64,000 nucleotides of DNA. Source: Prevotella sp. Lineage in GTDB: Bacteria; Bacteroidota; Bacteroidia; Bacteroidales; Bacteroidaceae. The stretch is from positions 1,232 to 65,231 of the forward strand of contig JAZLKJ010000078.1 of the NCBI GenBank assembly GCA_045597565.1, written 5' to 3'. Position 1 is the first letter of the stretch. Each line of letters begins with the position of its first letter. Below, piece after piece: positions 1-10,484 of this stretch. Below the pieces are notes generated by a model. The model was given only the letters and a program-made list of their open reading frames with translations. It made no database searches and was not told the origin of the DNA. Both the position numbers and the translations under genes were made by a program.

Positions 1-219
1 GGATTGCCGTAGGTAGTCAATGCTTATGTTCTTCACCGTAGTAATGGCAATTTTCTCCAACTGCTGCTCGTCGTCAGGAATCTTCGGATGCGTCCACAAT
101 TTGCAGAAAGCATCCTGCATAGCATCGTCTGCCGACTCCTTGCCGGCAATGTTGCCAGCCGTCAGTCGCAGTCTTTGCCGCAAGTTTGAGAAGATTGATA
201 TGAGTTGTTTGTTTGCCAT
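1..219 (-). CDS. ECF-type RNA polymerase sigma-70 factor, N-terminal part (runs off the window edge)
   Basis: Manual translation from the CAT at 217-219: MANKQLISIFSNLRQRLRLTAGNIAGKESADDAMQDAFCKLW...TTVKNISIDYLRQS, which has the sigma region 2 pattern (ADD.MQDAF.KLW ... N..IDYLR). Not in the ORF track because no stop lies in the window. Confidence 0.8.
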   Translation of the reverse strand, partial: MANKQLISIFSNLRQRLRLTAGNIAGKESADDAMQDAFCKLWTHPKIPDDEQQLEKIAITTVKNISIDYLRQS

Positions 220-394
220 CGTTTGATTATATAACGCTGAACATTTAAATTTGTGACAAGAAAAACGAAGAAATCGTTTGCCTAACGCTGCACTTTTGTC
301 TTTTGTTAAGATTATTATATAAAAATGTGTAATCGTTTCCTTGTTTGCGAATAATTGCGTAACTTTGCGCTCGTAATAACACAAAAACTATACT

Positions 395-1807
395 ATGGGC
401 GGTTTTTTTGGAACAATTTCCACACATTCATGTGCCACTGACCTTTTCTATGGCATTGACTACAACTCTCACCTCGGTACAAAGCGAGGCGGTATGTGTA
501 CTTACGATCAGGAATCAAAGCGCTTCTGTCGTAAAATCCACAATCTTGAGAGCACTTATTTCCGTACAAAGTTTGAGGATGACCTCGACAAGTTCAAGGG
601 TAATGCTGGTATCGGTGTGATTTCCGACACTGATCCGCAGCCAATCGTTTTCAACTCTCACCTCGGTAAGTTCGCTATCGTTACCGTGGCAAAGATTGTG
701 AACATTGAGGAACTTGAAGCCGAGCAGTTGGCAAACTACCATCACCTTGCCGAACTCTCACAGGGTACTACTAATCCAACAGAGCTCGTTGCCCTTCTCA
801 TTACTCAGGGCAAGGACTTCGTTGAAGGAATTGAGAATGTTTACCGAAAGGTGAAGGGGTCTTGCTCAATGCTCATTCTTACGGAGAACGGAATTATCGC
901 AGCTCGCGACCGTTTGGGCAGAACACCAATCGTTGTTGGTAAGAAAGATGGTGCTTGGGCTCTCACTTCTGAGTCTTCTGCATTCCCTAATCTCGGTTAT
1001 ACTATCGACTCATATATTGGTCCGGGCGAGATTCTCCGCTTTACCCCAGAGCGTGTTGAGCAACTTCGTGCTCCAGAACGCAAACTTCAAATCTGCTCTT
1101 TCCTTTGGATTTACTACGGTTTCCCAACATCTTGCTATGAGGGCAAGAACGTAGAGGAGATGCGCCAGGCTTGCGGTATCGCTATGGGTAAGGAAGACGA
1201 TACAGAGGTTGACTGTGCTTGTGGTATTCCAGACTCTGGTATCGGTATGGCTCTCGGTTATGCTATCGGCAAGGGCGTGCCTTATCACCGCACTATTTCC
1301 AAATATACTCCAACATGGCCACGCTCGTTCACTCCTAGCAATCAGTCTATGCGCGACCTCGTGGCAAAGATGAAGCTTATTCCAAACTACGACATGCTCA
1401 AGGGCAAGCGCCTCCTTTTCTGCGATGACTCTATCGTTCGTGGTACGCAGCTCAAGGGCAATGTGAAGGAACTCTTCGAGAATGGAGCAAAGGAAGTACA
1501 CATGCGTATAGCTTGTCCTCCGCTGATATATCCTTGTGAGTATGTTAACTTCACTGCTTCAAAGAGCGAGATGGAACTTATCACTCGCCGCGTAATTCGC
1601 GATTTTGAAGGCGATGCCGGTAAGGACCTTGAGGAGTATGCGCGTACAGATTCAGAGAAGCACCTGAAGATGGTTGAGGAAATTCGTCGCCGTCTCGGTC
1701 TTACTTCTCTGAAGTTCTCTAAGATTGAGACTATCGTTAACGCTATCGGACTCCCTAAGGAGTGTATCTGTACCCACTGTTTTGATGGTTCAAGTTACTT
1801 TGAATAG
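395..1807 (+). CDS. purF: Amidophosphoribosyltransferase (Bacteroidetes MGGFFG type)
   Basis: GATase-2-like N domain (ARDRLGRTP), PRTase motif LLFCDDSIVRGT, RIACPP and C-terminal CTHCF Fe-S cysteines; -7 box TAACTTTG at 360-367. Confidence 0.92.
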   Translation: MGGFFGTISTHSCATDLFYGIDYNSHLGTKRGGMCTYDQESKRFCRKIHNLESTYFRTKFEDDLDKFKGNAGIGVISDTDPQPIVFNSHLGKFAIVTVAKIVNIEELEAEQLANYHHLAELSQGTTNPTELVALLITQGKDFVEGIENVYRKVKGSCSMLILTENGIIAARDRLGRTPIVVGKKDGAWALTSESSAFPNLGYTIDSYIGPGEILRFTPERVEQLRAPERKLQICSFLWIYYGFPTSCYEGKNVEEMRQACGIAMGKEDDTEVDCACGIPDSGIGMALGYAIGKGVPYHRTISKYTPTWPRSFTPSNQSMRDLVAKMKLIPNYDMLKGKRLLFCDDSIVRGTQLKGNVKELFENGAKEVHMRIACPPLIYPCEYVNFTASKSEMELITRRVIRDFEGDAGKDLEEYARTDSEKHLKMVEEIRRRLGLTSLKFSKIETIVNAIGLPKECICTHCFDGSSYFE

Positions 1808-1830
1808 AATATCATATACATATTATATAT

Positions 1831-1862
1831 AAAAGGACGGCCGTAAGGTCGTCCTTTTTTTT
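1831..1862 (+). terminator. Rho-independent terminator after purF
   Basis: AAAAGGACGGCC-GTAA-GGTCGTCCTTTTTTTT hairpin followed by a U tract. Confidence 0.85.
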
Positions 1863-2085
1863 GACAAAAAAGTCAAAAATGTTAACTTTTTGCCCTGATT
1901 TTTAAGATTTGTTAAGAAATGAAAGAAATGCTTAAAATGCTAAGGTTGTTTCTTGCTGAAAACTAATCTGTTACGAAAAACGCGTGTTTCCTGCGCAAAG
2001 AAAGTTGTTATAATTATATATAAATAATGTATCAAAGTAATATATATTTATATGGCTTTTTTTTGCGTATTTCTTAAGAACTGAT

Positions 2086-2093
2086 TATCTTTG
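2086..2093 (+). promoter_or_regulatory. Bacteroidetes -7 promoter element for the susC/D operon
   Basis: TATCTTTG matches TAnnTTTG, ~115 nt upstream of the susC start. Confidence 0.6.
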
Positions 2094-2206
2094 CAGCGTA
2101 AAAAGGCTATTTATGACCCTTTTTGCGTAAAGGCGAATTCAGCCGACTTTTATCAATCCGAGAAAAATTCAATTAATAATAACTAAATCTTAAAACCTAA
2201 CGTGCA

Positions 2207-5200
2207 ATGGAAAAAACTATGAAAATGTTTCGTAGATTTCTCTGCAGTCTGATACTGACACTTGCAGCCACTGCTACTGCTTTTGCGCAGAGCGGTACGG
2301 TCAAGGGTACAGTATTGGATGAGAATGGCGATGCCGTTATCGGTGCAAGTGTAGTTCAGAAGGGAAACCAGAAGAATGCAACTATTACCGATATCGACGG
2401 TAACTTTTCGCTGAACATTTCAGGTAAAGCTACCTTGACAATTTCCTACATTGGTATGGACACGAAAGAGGTCTCTGCCACTCCAGGTAAAGAAATCAAG
2501 GTGACTCTCTCTGAAGACAACTCACAGCTCGATGAAGTTGTGGTTGTAGGTTTCGGCCAACAGAAGAAGGCATCGGTTGTCGGTGCCATTACTCAGACCA
2601 CCGGTGAAGTGCTTGAGCGTGCTGCCGGTATTGGTAGTGTCGGTGCAGCCCTCACAGGTAACCTTCCTGGTGTGGCAACTATCGCATCAACAGGTCAGCC
2701 TGGTGAGGAAGACCCTCGAATCTATATTCGTGGTGCTGCTGCCTGGAACCAGGATGCTCAGCCACTCGTCCTTGTTGACGGTGTGAAGCGTGAGATCAAG
2801 TCGGTTGACATCACGTCAGTCGCTACGATTTCCGTATTGAAGGACGCATCTGCTACTGCCGTTTACGGTGTGGAAGGTGCAAACGGTGTAATCCTCATCA
2901 CTACTAAGCGTGGTCAGGAAGGTAAGGCTCGTATCGATGTTGGCTTCAACGCAACATTGAAGGCCGTGTCTAAGCTCCCTCGCAAGTACGACTCTTACGA
3001 CGGCTACATGTTCCGTAACCAGGCTATCGAAAGCGAACTCGCTTTGGATCCAGCTGCAGCATGGGCATACTATCGTCCACAAACATTCATCAACAATTTC
3101 CGCAATCAGGATCATACTGTAATGGCACAATATACTGCACCTGATGCTAACGGAAATCGCTCTTACCTCGGCGACTACAGCCAGGCAGACCGTTATCCTA
3201 ATACAGATTGGCAAGATGAAATGTTCGAGAAAACAGCGTTGTCTTACAATACAAACCTTAATATCTCTGGTGGTACAAATTATGTAAAGTACTTCGTTTC
3301 ATTCGACTACCAGAACGAAGGCGATATCACTAAGATTTGGGATAACAACCTCGGTTTCGACGGTGGTTATTCTTACAACCGTCTTAACGTACGTTCAAAC
3401 CTCGACTTCACCATCACTAAGACTACTGAGTTCAAGGTCAGCCTCGCAGGTTCCAACGCCCAGCAGAAGAAGCCTCGCCTTGGTTACAACTCAGGTTCAT
3501 GGGCTGAGCAGCAGATGTGGGCTGGTGCATACTCTATGGCTCCAAACCTCTTCCCTGTAAAGTACTCTGACGGTTCTTGGGGTTACTACCCATTGGTTTC
3601 AAACATTGCTAACTCTCCAATGAACGTTTCCACTGGTGGTTACGAACTTCAGGCTATCACTCGTATCTTTACCGACTTCGCCCTTGAGCAGAAGCTCGAC
3701 TTCATTACAAAGGGTCTTGTTGCTCGCGGTACTATCTCTTGGGACAACCAGTTCAACGAAAGTGGTCGAGGTATCGTTACCAATGCAAAGCCTGACGGTT
3801 CTTCATTCAAGCCAAAGAGAATGTACATCCTTCCTGAAGACGGTATCGTCAACAGAGAGACGCTTGCTTATGGAAACACAGGTTTCGACTTCTACGAGAG
3901 CCGCGACTGGATAACACAAGCTGGTAGTGTAAGCTACACAAGCCGTCTTACAGAAATGTCTCTCCAGCTCTTCTGGGGTCGTCAGTTCGGCAAGCACAAC
4001 GTTACCGTGATGGGTAACTGGAAGCGTCGTTCAATTGCATACAACGCAGAGCTTGAGAATCGTCGTGAAGACTGGGTTGCTCGTACTACATACGACTACA
4101 ATAACCGCTACTTCGCTGAGTTCAACGGTGCTTACAACGGTTCTCAGCAGTTCTCTCCAGACAACCGCTTCGGTCTCTTCTACTCAGGTGCTGCTGGTTG
4201 GATGGTTTCAGAGGAACCTTTCATGAAGTGGCTCAAAGCTAAGAAGATCCTTGACATGTTCAAGATTCGTGGTTCTGTCGGTCAGATTGGTGACGATAGT
4301 GCCGGTAAGCGTTTTGCTTACTTGACTACTTGGGAAGTCAATGGTCCTTTCCACATGAATACCAACAATTCAGACAGTCCATATAAGGGATATTCTGAAG
4401 CCGGTGTAGCTGCCCCAGACCTTAAGTGGGCAACAGTTGTCAAGTATAACATCGGTTTCGACTACGCATTCTGGAACGGTATGTTCGCAGGTAGCTTCGA
4501 CTGGTTCCGCGACGACCGTAAGGATATCTTCATCTCCGGTATCGACCGTCTGTCTATTCCTTCATATTATGGTGTAGTAACCGTACCAGATATCAACAAG
4601 GGTGAAATCAAGAACTCAGGTTTCGAGGTTGAGCTTCGTTTCAACAAGGTGTTGAAGAACGGTATGCGTTTCTGGGCTAATACGAACTACACATACGCAC
4701 ACAATACCATTAAACTCAAGGACGACCCTAAACTCTTCCCAGCCTACCGCAAGGCACAGGGTTATTCACAGGGCCAATATACTTCATTCATCGACAAGGG
4801 CTTCATCACCAACTACGACCAGCTCTACAGTGTGCCTGAGCGTGACTCTAACGACGGAAGCGTACTCATCGGCGACCACTACATCGTTGACTTCAACGGT
4901 GATGGTAAGGTTGACGCAACAAACGACCAGGCACCTTACGGCTACACAGGCAACCCTGAGCACACTTACAATGCAACTATCGGTTGGGAATGGAAGGGCT
5001 TCAGCTGCTTCGCTCAGCTCTATGGTGTAACAGGCGTTACTCGTGACGTTGGCTTGAATTCATTCAGTGGTCAGCTGCTTACAGTTTATGACAACGGTAC
5101 ATGGTGGAATCCTGTTGATGGCAATGGCGATGTTGTAATCCCACGTTTCAACTCACAGGTTTCTTACAACGAGGGTACTCAGTTCCTCTATGACGGTTCT

Positions 5201-5419
5201 TATCTCCGTCTTAAGAACGTGGAGGTCGCTTATACATGGACTAAGGGCTGGATCAAGAAACTCGGCTTCACCAGCTTGAAGCTCTACGTCAACGGTAACA
5301 ACCTCTTCCTTATCACGAAGATGCCTGATGACCGTGAAAGTAACTACGGTTGGAGTGGTGCCGGTGGTGCTTACCCAACAGTAAGACGTTATAACTTCGG
5401 ATTCAAGCTTTACATTTAA
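2207..5419 (+). CDS. susC: SusC/RagA family TonB-dependent transporter (XusA-like)
   Basis: Signal peptide, N-terminal carboxypeptidase-regulatory-like domain, LDEVVVVGFG, plug motif VLKDASATAVYGVEGANGVILITTKRG, C-terminal YPTVRRYNFGFKLYI. Confidence 0.95.
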   Translation: MEKTMKMFRRFLCSLILTLAATATAFAQSGTVKGTVLDENGDAVIGASVVQKGNQKNATITDIDGNFSLNISGKATLTISYIGMDTKEVSATPGKEIKVTLSEDNSQLDEVVVVGFGQQKKASVVGAITQTTGEVLERAAGIGSVGAALTGNLPGVATIASTGQPGEEDPRIYIRGAAAWNQDAQPLVLVDGVKREIKSVDITSVATISVLKDASATAVYGVEGANGVILITTKRGQEGKARIDVGFNATLKAVSKLPRKYDSYDGYMFRNQAIESELALDPAAAWAYYRPQTFINNFRNQDHTVMAQYTAPDANGNRSYLGDYSQADRYPNTDWQDEMFEKTALSYNTNLNISGGTNYVKYFVSFDYQNEGDITKIWDNNLGFDGGYSYNRLNVRSNLDFTITKTTEFKVSLAGSNAQQKKPRLGYNSGSWAEQQMWAGAYSMAPNLFPVKYSDGSWGYYPLVSNIANSPMNVSTGGYELQAITRIFTDFALEQKLDFITKGLVARGTISWDNQFNESGRGIVTNAKPDGSSFKPKRMYILPEDGIVNRETLAYGNTGFDFYESRDWITQAGSVSYTSRLTEMSLQLFWGRQFGKHNVTVMGNWKRRSIAYNAELENRREDWVARTTYDYNNRYFAEFNGAYNGSQQFSPDNRFGLFYSGAAGWMVSEEPFMKWLKAKKILDMFKIRGSVGQIGDDSAGKRFAYLTTWEVNGPFHMNTNNSDSPYKGYSEAGVAAPDLKWATVVKYNIGFDYAFWNGMFAGSFDWFRDDRKDIFISGIDRLSIPSYYGVVTVPDINKGEIKNSGFEVELRFNKVLKNGMRFWANTNYTYAHNTIKLKDDPKLFPAYRKAQGYSQGQYTSFIDKGFITNYDQLYSVPERDSNDGSVLIGDHYIVDFNGDGKVDATNDQAPYGYTGNPEHTYNATIGWEWKGFSCFAQLYGVTGVTRDVGLNSFSGQLLTVYDNGTWWNPVDGNGDVVIPRFNSQVSYNEGTQFLYDGSYLRLKNVEVAYTWTKGWIKKLGFTSLKLYVNGNNLFLITKMPDDRESNYGWSGAGGAYPTVRRYNFGFKLYI

Positions 5420-5434
5420 TAAGTATTACACATT

Positions 5435-7465
5435 ATGAAATATAATAATATAAAATCCATATTGTATGGCTTTATGCTGTTCTTTGCAGGCACTGTGAGT
5501 TTCACGTCTTGTACTGAATGGTTGGAGAAGGATCCAGAAGCCATCATTCCTGAAGATGAAGCTTTCAAGAATTTCCGTAATTTCCAGGGCTACATCGAGG
5601 AAATCTACGACATGGTTCCAAATATTACGAATGCCAACTACTGTTCTGGTTGGAACATGGGTGATGATGCCGTTCACAATATAGAAGGCTACTCTCACAT
5701 CGACCACCAGGTGGACCTTGGTAACTATCGTGAGATTTGGACCGGAAGTCGCCAGTGCTGGATTAACGGTGACAGATGCTCTCTTTGGAACAGCTCATGG
5801 AAGGCAATCCGTAAGTGTAACATGGGTATGAAGAACATCAAGTCGCTCGTAGGTACTAATGAGCAGCGTGACCTTCTCCTCGGACAGATGTACTTCTTCC
5901 GTGCATGGTGGCACTTCGAGCTCATCAGTTTCTTTGGCGGTATGCCATACATTGATGAGGCATTCGAGGGCGAAATCCCAGAACTTCCACGTCTCTCTTT
6001 CCAAGAGTGTGCTGAACGTTGTGCAGAAGACTTCCAGAAGGCTTACGACCTCCTCCCTCTCAACTGGGACGAGACTCTTGCAGGTATGGAGACTTCGGGC
6101 GACAACGAAATTCGTGTCAATAAGTTCATGGCTCTCTGCTACCTTGGCAAGTGCTACCTCTGGGCAGCATCTCCACTTATGAAGGAGTTCGAGAAGACAA
6201 AGAACGGTGGCTATGCTGAACTTCTCGGTGCTAGCAAGAACGGCAAGACTTACGACTATGACGAGAAATACTGTGCTTTGGCTTCAGAGGCTCTTGGCAA
6301 GGCTCTCGACATGGTAAAGAAGGGTACTGTACCTTACAAACTCGCCAAGTTCGAATATTCAAACATTTATGACCACATGATTAACATTGAGGGCGTAGAT
6401 GAGGTTGGCGAGTACTCACAGATCTGGTACACATATAAGCAGAACTGGAAGATGCCAGGTGTTGACGAAGCAATCTTCCGTGGTGTATGTCCAGCCACAA
6501 ACACTGGTCCTTGGAACCACCTCAAGCTTTTCGGTCCTAAGGTAGCTGGTATCGTTGATCATGACAACATCATTCACCACCCTACAGCAAACCTTGTTGA
6601 CCAGTACGGTATGGCTAACGGTCAGCCTATCTACCTCGTAGAGAACGGTCAGTTGGTGATTAACCCTAAGTCTGGTTTTGACCCAGAATACCCATACAAG
6701 AACCGTGACCCACGTTTCTATCATGACATCGTGTTCGACGGTTTCCACTATGTATTGTTCACTGAAGGTCTTACTGACGAGCAGAAGAAGCTTGAGTACT
6801 GTTCTCTCTATACGGGTGGTGCTATGCGTAATCCTGCTAACGGTAGTAGCACAGGCTACTTCATCCAGAAACTCGCTCCACACCAGTGTAACAGAGGTGA
6901 TGGTACAAACGCCGGCGACTGGTACGAATGGGCAGGTGCAATGCAGGCATACATTCCTTACATGCGTCTTGCTGACGTTTACCTTATGTATGCAGAGGCA
7001 CGCGCAGGTATGGCAAAGAGTTCTTCTGACCTCAACTCAAAGCCAGATTACTGCCGACTCATTTCTGCCATTGACGCTGTCAATGCTTTGCGTGACCGTG
7101 TAAACTCTAGCGACTGGCCAATGGAACGCTTGCAGCCTGAGTTCACAGATACAAAGGAGCACTTCCTTGACGAACTTCGTCGCGAACGTGCTGTTGAGCT
7201 CGCATTCGAAGGACACCGTTGGAACGACCTCCAGCGTTGGCTTCTCCTCACAGAGCCTCCTTACACTGTGAAGTATTCTCACGAGTTTGAGCGTCTTCAG
7301 CCTGAAAGCTGGTTCACAGCCGCTGACCCAGCAGGTGCTAAGGTAGGTAACTTCCACAGAGAAGAACTTATTACACGTAATCTTGAGTCTAAGCATTATT
7401 GGTTCCCACTTCCTGACAAGGATACATATCTCTACGAAGGATTCCCACAGAACCCAGGATGGTAA
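5435..7465 (+). CDS. susD: SusD/RagB family lipoprotein (XusB-like)
   Basis: Lipobox FTSC; GQMYFFRAWWHF, RDPRF, MRLADVYLMYAEA, RRERAVELAFEGHRWNDLQRW, QNPGW. Confidence 0.95.
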   Translation: MKYNNIKSILYGFMLFFAGTVSFTSCTEWLEKDPEAIIPEDEAFKNFRNFQGYIEEIYDMVPNITNANYCSGWNMGDDAVHNIEGYSHIDHQVDLGNYREIWTGSRQCWINGDRCSLWNSSWKAIRKCNMGMKNIKSLVGTNEQRDLLLGQMYFFRAWWHFELISFFGGMPYIDEAFEGEIPELPRLSFQECAERCAEDFQKAYDLLPLNWDETLAGMETSGDNEIRVNKFMALCYLGKCYLWAASPLMKEFEKTKNGGYAELLGASKNGKTYDYDEKYCALASEALGKALDMVKKGTVPYKLAKFEYSNIYDHMINIEGVDEVGEYSQIWYTYKQNWKMPGVDEAIFRGVCPATNTGPWNHLKLFGPKVAGIVDHDNIIHHPTANLVDQYGMANGQPIYLVENGQLVINPKSGFDPEYPYKNRDPRFYHDIVFDGFHYVLFTEGLTDEQKKLEYCSLYTGGAMRNPANGSSTGYFIQKLAPHQCNRGDGTNAGDWYEWAGAMQAYIPYMRLADVYLMYAEARAGMAKSSSDLNSKPDYCRLISAIDAVNALRDRVNSSDWPMERLQPEFTDTKEHFLDELRRERAVELAFEGHRWNDLQRWLLLTEPPYTVKYSHEFERLQPESWFTAADPAGAKVGNFHREELITRNLESKHYWFPLPDKDTYLYEGFPQNPGW

Positions 7466-7467
7466 GA

Positions 7468-7546
7468 TTCGCAGCTACTGCGAGGCTAATGGCTAAAGGC
7501 TAAAAGCTAATGGCTAAAAACCAAAAACCAAAAACCAAAAACCAAA
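7468..7546 (+). repeat. TTCGC-hairpin plus GGCTAAA heptamer element, followed by (CCAAAAA)n
   Basis: TCGCAG-CTA-CTGCGA hairpin, then GGCTAAT GGCTAAA GGCTAAA AGCTAAT GGCTAAA, then four CCAAAAA-like units running into the next ATG. Confidence 0.8.
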
Positions 7547-10471
7547 ATGAAACATAACAAAACAAAAATATTTCTCCTTGCCCTGCTTGCGGCATCGCCA
7601 TTGATGGTCAACGCACAGACCACAGACGAAGCTGACAACGACGAAGCAAAGAAGAAAGTACATGTTGCTTTCCGCGACAAGGATGCCGACCAGATTCTCG
7701 GTGGCGTCTCATACGTTGACATGGAAGAGCTGCAGAAGAAGGACTACACTCAGAGTAGCCTTGAAGACATGTATGCTCTCATCGGCGGTTGGAACGGCAA
7801 TAACCTTTGGGGTATGGACAACGAACGTCTGGACAATAACGACAACGGCAACCTTCCGCTCGTTATTATCGACGGTGTTAAGCGTCCTTCAAACAATGTT
7901 CTGCCTTCAGAGATTGAGCAGGTTACATTCCTCAAGGGAGCACAGGCTGTAGTTCTCTACGGTCCTAAGGCTGCAAAGGGTGCTATCCTCATCACTACAA
8001 AGCGTGGTAAGGTTGACGGTCTCCGCATTGATGCTAATGTGAATACTGGTTTCCACGTAGCTAAGGAGTTCCCTGAGTATCTTGGTTCTGCTGAATACAT
8101 GACACTCTACAACGAGGCATGTCTCAACGACCAGCTTGCTACAGGTGCAAGATACTCACAGCAGGACATCTACAACTATGCATCAGGAAGCAATCCTTAC
8201 CGTTATCCTAACGTAAATCTCTATTCTGACGAATATATCCGTAAGGCATATAACCGTTCAGAGGCAACTGCAGAGATTCAGGGTGGTGGCGTACGTGCTC
8301 ACTTCTATACCAACATCAACTACTACCGCAACGAGGACCTTATTAACTTCGGCCCTGCAAAGGACAACTACACTGACCGCTTTAGCGTACGTGGTAACGT
8401 TGACCTCGTAGTAAACAAGGTTATTAAGGGTTTTGCTAATGCAAGTGCCACTTTCTATAATGCCAACAGAAACAAGGGTGACTTCTGGGGTGAGGCTGCC
8501 ACAATGCGTCCAAATCGCTATGGTACATACGCTCCACTGATTGACATTAACATGGTTGACCCTAACGCTACCATGGCTCTTGAAACTCTCCGCAAGTCTA
8601 TGAACCTTGTTGGTGGAAGATTCTTCCCTGGTGGTAACAAGGCGGGTGACGTAGGCGAGACAAACGCTATCGCAGACTGCTATTTCGGTGGTAGAACTAC
8701 AGAGGTAAGCCGTCAGTTCCAGTTCGATGCTGGTATCCTCTACGACATGAACAAGTTTGTGAAGGGCCTTTCTTTCAAGACTCAGTTCGCTATCGACTAC
8801 GCTGCAAAGTACAGCAACTCATACAATAACCAATACGCTGTATATGCACCAACATGGAGTAACTACAACTCTGACGATGCCATTGTAGCTGTCACTATGT
8901 ATGGCGACGAGGTGGTAACAGGTCACATGGCTATGTCAAACTCTGCATACCGTCAGACTATCAGCTGGAACGGTCACTTCGACTATGACCATACATTCGC
9001 TGGCGATCACCATGTAACAGGTATGCTCCTCGGCAATATGTACACTACTACTGCCAGTGGTGAGTACCACCGCTACACAAATGCAAACATCGGTCTTCAG
9101 GCAGGTTATGACTACAAGGGCAAGTATTTCGCAGACATCTCTCTCGCTGGAGTACACTCTTCACGTCTTCCAGAAGGAAATCGCGAGGCAATCTCTCCTT
9201 CTTTCACTCTCGGTTGGAACCTCGCTAAGGAGAACTTCATGAAGGATACATTTGTTGACGATCTCCTCCTCAGCGCTTCTTACAGTGATGTTAATGAGGA
9301 TGCAGACCTTATTCTTGGTAGCCAGCAGTTCTACATCTACAATGCAACTTGGAAGCAAGGATCTGGTGGTTTCTCTTGGAACAAGGGTACTTCTGCAGGC
9401 ATTACATTCTCACAATCAGGTTCTAACCCAGTTCTCGACTACATCCACCGCAAGGAGTTCTCTGTAAACCTCCGTGGTTCATTCTTCAACAAGCTCATCA
9501 GCACTGACCTTACATTCTTCAATACAAGAATGACAGGCAACATCGTTCAGCAGCCTACTACATTCCCATCATTCATTTCTAGCGGTCTCAACGGTAGTTC
9601 GTTCAAGCCTGCTGTCAACTATGATGAGACATTGCGTAGAGGTGTTGACTTCAGTGTAACAGCAAAGAAACAGTTCGGTCAGGTATTTGCTCAGCTCGGT
9701 GTTGTAGGTACATACCTCTATACAGAGCAGCTAAAGAAGGATGAGCTCCATGACGATGATTACCAGTATGCCGTTAATCGTCCTATTGACACCATCTGGG
9801 GTTACAGATGTCTTGGTTTCTACACTAACGACGACTTCGATATCACTACTGACGACTCAGGCAAGAAGACATACAAGCTCAAGGATGGTATGCCTAAGTC
9901 TGTTCTTGGTGGTAACATCCAGCCTGGTGATCTCAAGTATGAAGATGTCAACGGCGATGGCAGCATCTCTACTCGCGATCAGGTAGCACTTGGCAAGTGG
10001 GGTACATTCGGCTCACCATGGACTTTCGGCGTGAACCTTACACTCAAGTACAAGAACTTCACCCTCTTCATGCTCGGTAACGGCCAGTTCGGTGCTTACG
10101 GTATGAAGAATAGTGGCTACTACTACATGTCAGGTGAATCAAAGTACTCTGTAAACGCTCGTGGTCGCTGGACTCCTGAGACTGCTGATGTAGCAACTCA
10201 TCCACGTCTTACAACTTATAGCCACAACCACAATTCGTCTGTATCTACATTCTGGATGTATAGCACTGACCGCTTCAACCTTCGCAAGGTGCAGCTCACT
10301 TACGACTTCCCAAGCGAGATTATCGCTGGCAAGGTTGTAAAGGGTCTCTCTGTTTACTTGAGTGGCAGCGACCTTCTCACTATCTCTAAGGAGCGCAAAC
10401 TCATGGATACAAACGTAGGCTATGCTCCACAGACTCGTTTCTACAATTTCGGTGCTAAGGTAACCTTCTAA
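7547..10471 (+). CDS. susC: Second SusC/RagA family TonB-dependent transporter with a shortened N-terminus (XusC-like)
   Basis: Plug motif FLKGAQAVVLYGPKAAKGAILITTKRG, PGDLKYEDVNGDG, terminal RFYNFGAKVTF; lacks the N-terminal extension of the first SusC. Confidence 0.93.
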   Translation: MKHNKTKIFLLALLAASPLMVNAQTTDEADNDEAKKKVHVAFRDKDADQILGGVSYVDMEELQKKDYTQSSLEDMYALIGGWNGNNLWGMDNERLDNNDNGNLPLVIIDGVKRPSNNVLPSEIEQVTFLKGAQAVVLYGPKAAKGAILITTKRGKVDGLRIDANVNTGFHVAKEFPEYLGSAEYMTLYNEACLNDQLATGARYSQQDIYNYASGSNPYRYPNVNLYSDEYIRKAYNRSEATAEIQGGGVRAHFYTNINYYRNEDLINFGPAKDNYTDRFSVRGNVDLVVNKVIKGFANASATFYNANRNKGDFWGEAATMRPNRYGTYAPLIDINMVDPNATMALETLRKSMNLVGGRFFPGGNKAGDVGETNAIADCYFGGRTTEVSRQFQFDAGILYDMNKFVKGLSFKTQFAIDYAAKYSNSYNNQYAVYAPTWSNYNSDDAIVAVTMYGDEVVTGHMAMSNSAYRQTISWNGHFDYDHTFAGDHHVTGMLLGNMYTTTASGEYHRYTNANIGLQAGYDYKGKYFADISLAGVHSSRLPEGNREAISPSFTLGWNLAKENFMKDTFVDDLLLSASYSDVNEDADLILGSQQFYIYNATWKQGSGGFSWNKGTSAGITFSQSGSNPVLDYIHRKEFSVNLRGSFFNKLISTDLTFFNTRMTGNIVQQPTTFPSFISSGLNGSSFKPAVNYDETLRRGVDFSVTAKKQFGQVFAQLGVVGTYLYTEQLKKDELHDDDYQYAVNRPIDTIWGYRCLGFYTNDDFDITTDDSGKKTYKLKDGMPKSVLGGNIQPGDLKYEDVNGDGSISTRDQVALGKWGTFGSPWTFGVNLTLKYKNFTLFMLGNGQFGAYGMKNSGYYYMSGESKYSVNARGRWTPETADVATHPRLTTYSHNHNSSVSTFWMYSTDRFNLRKVQLTYDFPSEIIAGKVVKGLSVYLSGSDLLTISKERKLMDTNVGYAPQTRFYNFGAKVTF

Positions 10472-10484
10472 AAACATCAAGAAA

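Noticed and set aside
20..226. 68 aa plus-strand ORF
   Set aside because: Antisense to a recognisable ECF sigma factor reading frame.
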